DNA of 59,527 nucleotides, counting the filler, from Basidiobolus ranarum (lineage: Eukaryota), in assembly GCA_040143965.1 (NCBI GenBank). It is 4 parts of 4 records of this genome, joined end to end, with 100 filler letters (N's around TTAATTAATTAA, not from the genome) between each part and the next. Parts side by side here need not be neighbours in the genome. Positions count along the whole stretch, not along the records: positions 44,758 to 59,527 come from JASJQH010007287.1; 3 more parts are not named here. One strand, 5' to 3'. This document shows positions 52,001-59,527 of the stretch, piece after piece. The stretch's first letter is position 1. Every line of letters starts with the position of its first letter. Below the pieces are notes generated by a model. That model saw only the letters and a list, made by a program, of their open reading frames with translations, was not told where the DNA came from and searched no databases. The translations under genes and the position numbers were made by a program.

Positions 52001-52744
52001 CAAAGCTCACCTTTGTATTAATGTTGCTGAATCAATATTTTTCCCGCTATCTGATGGATACCCTGCAATATTGTGCCACTCTGAATTAAGTTCTAACCAG
52101 ATATCTGCATGGTCAACACCAGACTGAATGTCAAGTTGAATGTTCTTCTTCTAAAGCCACTTTCTGCATACTTGCACTGCATTCTCCCTTCATACTTTCG
52201 AAAATACTCCTCAAGCACTTTGACTATTTTTAGACATCCTTGTAGTGTGACACTACTGAGGGTGCTTTGTGGTGTTTGTGCAGCTTTTTGCTTGCCTTTA
52301 AGTTTGGGGCCAATTTCAGCACTTTCAAAAGTACCGGTTGAGGTTGGAGAGCCTTAAGTTTTATTTGCTAGTGTTTTGGCTTGTTGAGGGATGCCAGGAG
52401 TTGGATAAACTTCCAAATTTAGCACTCTTCCAACTGGTGTACCTGGGCCCATGGTGAAATTAAGCTTTTCTGCCAGTTTTTCTGACTGTGGAAATGCTTA
52501 TCTTTGTAATGGTGTGACAAATTTGATAAGTGGGACAGTAGAGCCTAAACTCACTGGCTCCTTTGCTTTTCCCTTGGATTTACTAACTTCCTGCTTTGTG
52601 AGTACTTAATTAGCTGCTTTTCTTTCTTTTCCAATATGCTAAGTGCATATATTGCTCAGATATCTCATGAATAGGCCTACACTAACCCAATTGCCATTTG
52701 CTTGCAAAACCCTGGATAAGCCACATGAAATAAGTCAACAACCT

Positions 52745-53455
52745 TTAGATGATGCCTGGTTTGTGGTTTTTGGGGAGACGTTCATATGTGTGGTGTGGGA
52801 TTGACTGAAATCCCATATGAGAATGGATGGAGGGAGCAGCATGTTGCTGTAGCTCAAGTACAGCATTCTGAAGGTCTTGTATCATTGTTGAGTGACTCTC
52901 TAACAATTGACTAGTTGCTCCTGAATGCTGCATTAATTGAGATGTTGTGGCATTATTGCTTGTCATGGCCTGTATAGCAATTTTATAGTTTTTACTTTTG
53001 ATTGGATACAAATCATTTTGATGTTCTGCCTGTAAATTGCTTGCTGTAATAATGCTATCCAAATTTTCTACAGAGAGTTGTTTGAAAGTGGGCAAAGTAG
53101 CCATTTTGGAGGTTGATGGTCTTGATGGTGTTTTGGTTGAACTTTGCTCAGCTATTGATTTGCTACATAGTTGGGGGATTACAATCTCTCCACTTGCACT
53201 ATTGCTGGAAAGGAACACATATAGCAAATTGATCAATGCTTCTTCATTACTTGAGTTAGTTTCTGGCATGTTAATGCCTTCCAAAGTAGAGAGTGGATTG
53301 TTAGACTGCTCAACAATCAAGTCCTCTGTTCTTGCTGGTTTTTTTCCTTTTGTGCCAGCAGGCATTGGCTTGGAAGACAATTTTGATTTAGATTTTGTAT
53401 GCTTTTTGAATGGCATCAAATTTTTCTGATGGTAAACTTGGTGTAATGAAGTCAC
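52745..53455 (-). pseudogene. Transposon accessory ORF remnant (unknown function), divergent from the transposase
   Basis: 236-aa ORF. A paralogous broken copy lies at about 50985-51620 (+), and its apparent continuation is homologous to 49107-49541. Confidence 0.5.
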
Positions 53456-54269
53456 CTAGAAACATCTTATAATAAAACAAAATTGCCATCCATTACCAGA
53501 AATATCTTGTAAATCCCCTGATTAATCACCTATGACACTGTCTCAGAATCAGCTGATGAAATTGATAGGCTATACCTGAAATACCTCTCTTACATAGGAG
53601 GTGTTCTTTTTTCTACCATATCCTTCTCATGCAACAACACACATGTTTGAAGAAGCCCTGCTATCATTTCCACTAATTCTTGTGCTATGAAAGCCAGAGG
53701 CTTCATAGAAAAAATAATCACCAGCATGGTCACTGTACAAAGCCACCAGCTGCACAAAGACTGGTATATAACAACTGTAATAAGTCCACTAAGTCAACTT
53801 TAGTTTTGCCCATTGAGTCAACTGACTGTACTTTGCCTCAAAGTTTTGGTAACACTGCCAAAAGTCAAGATACTGTTGAGTTACGCAGTTATTAGACCAG
53901 AATGATGTAGGTAGAAATGCAACTTTGGTGAAACCAGTAACTCCAAACAACTTTGAGGGCATGTTGCAAGGTGTTGACCTTGGTTATTCCAGGACCAATG
54001 GTAGTATATCAAAAGTTGAAGAAGAAGATGATGGTTTTGTTATGGACTCTTTGTTATCAGCAAACATTAGTCCACTCATTACACTTACTGTAAAGGAAGT
54101 GGCTTTGACTATTGAGGAGTGGAGAGTTCCATCCAATCTCAACAACCAGGTGTTTATTGGTTTTCTTACACTTTTACCACAGTTAATTGGCTACTGTTGC
54201 TTGCCACATACCTGGTACAAGTGGAAAAACACTTGTCAATTGTATGACTTATTATCCCTCAGTAGTTAA

Positions 54270-55720
54270 ACTGCCTTCATGTCCAAATGGGTGTTTGGCT
54301 TCCGCCAGTGATCCAAAAAGCCTGAGGTAATGTGCTGTTTGCACACAATTGGCACTCACTAAATCAGGTAAATATCATTCATATTTGGCTTACATACCAT
54401 TGATTTCCCATCCTAAAGTTTTGAAGAAATAACCCAAATATAGATCATTGTTCCAATACCAAAGTACTCACCATAAAGCTGATGGTATTACCAATATATT
54501 TGTTGGATATTGCTACCAGAATCTGAAAAGTCAAGGTTTCTTTGAGAACACATATGATCATGCATTTGCATTGGCTCTGGATGGTTTCTCACTAAACAAA
54601 TATACCATTGAAATGGCTTGCTGGCTAATAATTTTAATCAACTTAAATCATCCTCCTTCTGAATGGTATAAGAGTCATGATATTTTAATACTATCCATCA
54701 TATCCGGACCTAAGTCCACAGTGCTTATAGATAGCTTCTTAGAGCCTTTGATTGCAGAATTTGAACAGTTATCTAATGGGTTTCAGATGGGTGAATATTT
54801 TATTAAAGCTAATATCATTGTATGTATTGGTGACTCTCCTACCATCAGTAAACTTGGAGGTTTTTTGCAGGCACAATGTACTATTGTGCTGTAGATTTTG
54901 TCAAATCAATAGAGTTTTCTCTATCAGGCATACACATTACTACTATCCAAATACAACACTAAACTCCATGAGTTTACTGGCAAGTGCCTGGTCAGATTTC
55001 AACATGATCACTGATATCAATTCACCAAATAGTCAGTCTAACATCAAACTTACTATTAGCTGTAAGCCTAAGATTATATTGCTAAAGGGGATCAGCTGGA
55101 GCCAGAGCTTCCCAATAGGCACTATGTACTTACTATTCAACAACATTCCAATACTACCTACTCCACTATACGGTGGAAAATTCAATATTAATGTGCCATT
55201 TGAGATAGAATCAAAGTTTGAATTGATTGGGAAAATACTTGAAAACATCAAGATACCATCTTCTTTTACCAGGACTCCCATCAGTATACACTCATCTAGG
55301 CATTTATTCAAGTGCAAAGACTGGATATATAGGATTTGTATATATATTCAAGTGGAATTCTGAAAAGATTTCTGCCTGATAAGTATTGACAACATTGGGA
55401 GTTGTTTGTTGATATTGTTAATATATATTCTTATGGCATTAACTCACATTGGCAGATCTCAGGCAGATACAGCAACTGTGCAAAGATTTTGTAATTGGAT
55501 ATGACAAACTTCATTTCAGGTTTAAAGAAGATGGACTGAATCTATGCTGGTACTCAATACATTCCCCACTGCATCTTTCATGATGCTTTGAGATTAAAGG
55601 CCCTTGCTATACATTCAGGGAGTTCCCAATGGTGCACACCTGTGATGAAATGATGCTCTGTGTGAAATTGTCAGTATTACCATATGCCAATCTGATTAAC
55701 AATGTATCATCAAAATCATT
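54270..55720 (+). pseudogene. CACTA/EnSpm (Transposase_21-like) transposase, frameshifted
   Basis: LALDGF...W..ILINLNHPP...SIISGPK....SFLEPLIAEFEQLSNG...IGDSP..SKLGGF..H....CRFC, later FKCKDW and GPCY..REFPM remnants. Confidence 0.85.
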
Positions 55721-57196
55721 GATGGATGTAATGCAATGAGTTAAGGAGACTCAAGAGTACAGTAACCTTCCTAAAAAGGGCTCTTTTTAATGTGCTCACA
55801 GGTTTTTGCATTGTTTGAGCACAATGACAGCAACAAAGCACAATCCATGGACATAGAGTAAGTACCTCTGTAATTTGGACTAATTTGTTTGTTTGATATT
55901 TTGATGGTATCTTTAGGAAAGCAGCAAGACAGACTTCTTAGTGAGATAGATCAAGATACACAGTATTATTGTTTTATCCATGGGGTAATCCATTCAAGCA
56001 AGGACACATCTACTTGTGGCAGGAAATTTGTTGACTACAAGTTGGGGATATATTGGCCAAATTCATTATGAAAATTTGCCAAAATCCAAGAGCTCATTCT
56101 CATTGTGAATGGTAACAAGAGTAAACTGTTTGCCAAATGTCAGTGCTATTCAAAATTTCAGATGTTTATCAATTTTTCCACTGTTAGTTTGCTGGTAAAG
56201 CATAGTGATGTTGTTGAGTTATGTCTAATCAGACAAATATATACATATGTAGAGACTGAACACAGCTAGATTCTTGTATTTCTTGATTCTCATTATGGCT
56301 GGAAAACAAAGCTAAAAATATCCATTTAGAGGTATGCATGTTAATTTGAATTCCTTCAGCAATAAACCCAGCAATTTGCCATTCAATAATTAGATTTTCA
56401 CAAAAATTGCTGGATATTTAATAATGGATGCCAAATTTGAGGATCTATACTTTAATATGTATGAATACTGTCAAAATACCATCAAGAAAATGCCATCACA
56501 CCATCAAAATCCCAGGCAGAATGCAAGCCACCAATATTGTGACAGTTCTCTGACAGTTTTGCTATTTTGGAGAGTTGATCCAATCCGGATCAAATTGATT
56601 TTATTTTGTTAGGGGCTAATTTATCAACTTCCAAATCCCCAGTTTCATTGATATATTCTCCTCAATATCTTTATAGAGTTTTTCATACCCAATGTTTAGC
56701 TCATATCCAACATCAATTTGTATCAATATCTCCATCAAAGCCTGCCATTATATTAATGTTGCTGAATCAACATTCTTCCACCTATCTGGCAGATACTCTG
56801 CAATATTGTGCTACTCTTTATTAAGTTCTTCCCAGATATCTGCATGGTCAACACCAGACTGAATGTCAAGTTGAGTGTTCTACTTTTGAAGCCACTTTCT
56901 GCATACCTGCACTGCATTTTTCCCTTCATACTTTTAAAAATACTCTTTAAGCACTTTCACTATTCTTATATATCCTTGTAGTATGACACTGCTGAGGGTG
57001 CTTTGTGGTGTTTGTGCAGCTTTTTGCTTGCCTTTAAATTGTGGGTTAATTTCAACACTTTGAAAAGTACCAGTAGCAATTGGAAAGCCATGAGTTTTAT
57101 TTGCAGGTGTTTTAGCTTGTTGAGAGGTTCCAGGTGTTGGCTAAACTTCTGAATTTAGCACTCTTCTGACTAGTGTACCTGGTTCCATGGTAAAAT

Positions 57197-59527
57197 TGTT
57201 AGAGTATTTGGGAACCTGTTGGAAGTGGTTTGGAGAATTAGAGGAATTGGTGGTTTTCAGTTATTGATTTACTGAGTAGAAAGTTGACACTTATAGTTTT
57301 TCTAGATATAAACAAACCAATATGCAGAATGTCTTAAGGAAGGGCCCAGGAACATATGTGCAAAGTTTGGGGCTCCTAACACAAGTTTCAAAAATCTGAA
57401 TCTCTGAGAGCCTAAAGTTGGCAAAAATATTATATGTAAGTTCCAATCCAGAATTATGGATAATATCTTGGCAAATTATAAGATAACTAAGTACTAAGCT
57501 ATTTATGACTATATAGGTATTTAGGCAATGCTAATTTTAATACTCTCCATCAGCAAAATAGTTGTATAAACTAATCTTAATAAATCCTAATTTTCTCAAA
57601 TTTCTGTCTAGCTATTGGTTTGGTTAATATATCAGCAATCATATCTTCTGTAGAACAATAAGTTAAGGCAATAAACTTATTTTCTTTAGTCTCTCTAATC
57701 AAGTGATGCTTAATATCTATGTGTTTGCTTCTATTGTGAAATGTGGGATTTTTAGCTAATTTGACACAACTTTGATTATCTTGAAATATTGTAGTAGATA
57801 AGTTTTGAGAATAACCTAAATCTGTTAAGAGCTTTCTTAACCATATTGCTTTGTTTGTTGCTTCACAGGCAGCCATGTATTCAGCTTCTGTTGTTGAAAG
57901 TGCTATGATAGGTTGTTTCTTTGAATTCCAAGAAGTATCTCCATCAAAGCAAAGAAATAAGTATCTTGTTGTAGATCTCCTGTCTTCAATATCTCTTCTC
58001 CAATTTGCATCTGAATATGCCATCAGATCAAAGTTTGATCCAGAATATTTGTATTTTAAGCACAGATCCACAGTACTTTTCAAAAATCTGTGAATCTGCT
58101 TAACTACCATGATGTGATCAGATCCATAATTTTGGTGATATTGACACTTACCTCCCACAGAATATGCAATATCTAGCCATGTTGCAACCATGATAAAAAT
58201 CAAACTACCAACTGTAGATTAATAAAGAAATATCTGGCTTTCATTTGAATCCAAAAATTTCTGATTTGAGCCATTTTTGGTCAAGTTAAGATTTGTTTCC
58301 ATTGGAGTAGATACTGAATTACATTCTTCCATTTTAAACTTCTTTAGTATATCCAGGTTATACTTAGACTGGTTCAAAGCTATTGTGTTTGTATTTCTTT
58401 ATATCCTAATTTGGATTCCAAGATAGTATGTCAGTTCCACAAGATCAGTCATTTTGAATTTGGCAGATAAGCTGGATTTGGTTTTCTCCAAAGTCTTCAA
58501 GTCATTGGTTGCTATAATTAGGTCATCTACATATAAGGCTAATAAAAGTGGGTTTGTCTTATCTGGCCTGAAGTAGATACTATAGTCAGCATTACTCTTT
58601 TGAAATTTGAATGTTTCTAAAAAGGTTTCTATCTTGCTACTCCAAGCTCTTGGAGATGGCTTTCAGCATAGAATGTTTTCTGGAGTTGACAAACTTTTTG
58701 AGGGTTTTCTGGGTCCACAAATCTGTCTGGCTGGCTCATATAGATCTCCTCAGCAAGCTCACCAGTCAAAAAAGTAGTTTTGACATCTATTTGATGTAAA
58801 ATAAACTGATTTTTAGCTAAAATTGCTAAAATCAATCTACATGAATTGAGCATTGCTATAGGAGCAAAAGTTTATATATAATCTATTCCTAGTGTTTGGG
58901 AATAGCCTTTGGCTACTAATTTAGCCCTGTACCTTTTGATATTGCCATCAGAGTTATATTTTACTTTAAGCACACATTGGTAGCCAATTGATTTTCTATT
59001 GTCAGGTAAGTTGGTTAAAATCCAAGTTTGATTATAAATCAAAGCCTGGTACTCATCAGCCATTGCAGATCTCCAAGATTTTTTGTGAGGGTCATTCAGG
59101 GCCTGTTTTACAGTCAGGGGTTCATATATTTGAGCTGTGCAGGCATAGGCTCAATTTTGGTACTGGTTGATATTGTAATCAGGGCTATTCCTGATCTAAT
59201 TTGATCTCCCAGCTTGAAATTAACATACTACAACTTCCAGCATTGTATTGGGCACTTTTGTAGGCAAATATTTGGTTGAAGGGTCTACAGGAATGCTATT
59301 TTCTTCATTGTTTTGGTTTGAATCAATTTGAATGATTAGGTCAGGAGAAAATTGATTTTTCTCATCATTGAAGGTCATTGTGGGTGAAAATGTTTCATTT
59401 TCATTAGAAAAACATTCCTGGACTTGATTAACTAGAAAATTTTGGTATCATTGAGTCTTTGGCCTTAGTTTTAGAACAATAGCCTGGAAATATGCATTTC
59501 TTACGTTTTGGATCAAATTTAGGCAAA
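57197..59527 (-). mobile_element. Ty1/Copia family A element (3' LTR 57197-57542, RNaseH, RT), running off the window
   Basis: YSDANW, SWNSKKQPIIALSTTEAEY, KHIDIKHH, ADILTKP, HQIDVKT, RYRAKLVAKGYSQ. TGTT LTR edge and PPT. Confidence 0.95.

Larger units (their letters stand above)
49073..57196. mobile_element. Mosaic of direct and inverted copies of a CACTA-associated repeat
   Basis: ~49085-50250 is inverted at ~51635-52735. ~50265-50830 is inverted at ~53655-54205. ~50840-51620 is inverted at ~52900-53580. ~51885-52460 repeats directly at ~56620-57196. Confidence 0.8.

Overview
Eukaryotic, intron-containing fungal scaffold. Gene content and a bacterial/plant-type leuA suggest an early-diverging fungus (inference). 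There are three N-gaps carrying a TTAATTAATTAA linker. The left half (~4.8-29 kb) is gene-rich with normal CpG. It holds a chitin/polysaccharide deacetylase, 2-isopropylmalate synthase, RPS14, KIN17, an ankyrin protein, cytochrome b5, a ZIP transporter and several intronless secreted proteins, including a bacterial-style CHAP amidase and a beta/gamma-crystallin-like protein. The right half (~29.9-59.5 kb) is CpG-starved repeat DNA: a chromovirus fragment, a ~13 kb satellite of ~101-bp monomers, two Copia families and a decayed CACTA/EnSpm transposase inside a mosaic of inverted repeats. The most unusual item is a ~600-nt, densely base-paired, non-coding region just upstream of leuA (6875-7504). 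It is bracketed by splice signals and contains a double T-loop-like motif and a T-box-antiterminator-like fold whose 3' strand carries splice signals. This is a speculative candidate for a tRNA-sensing splicing switch in a eukaryote. All structures were read by eye, not computed.
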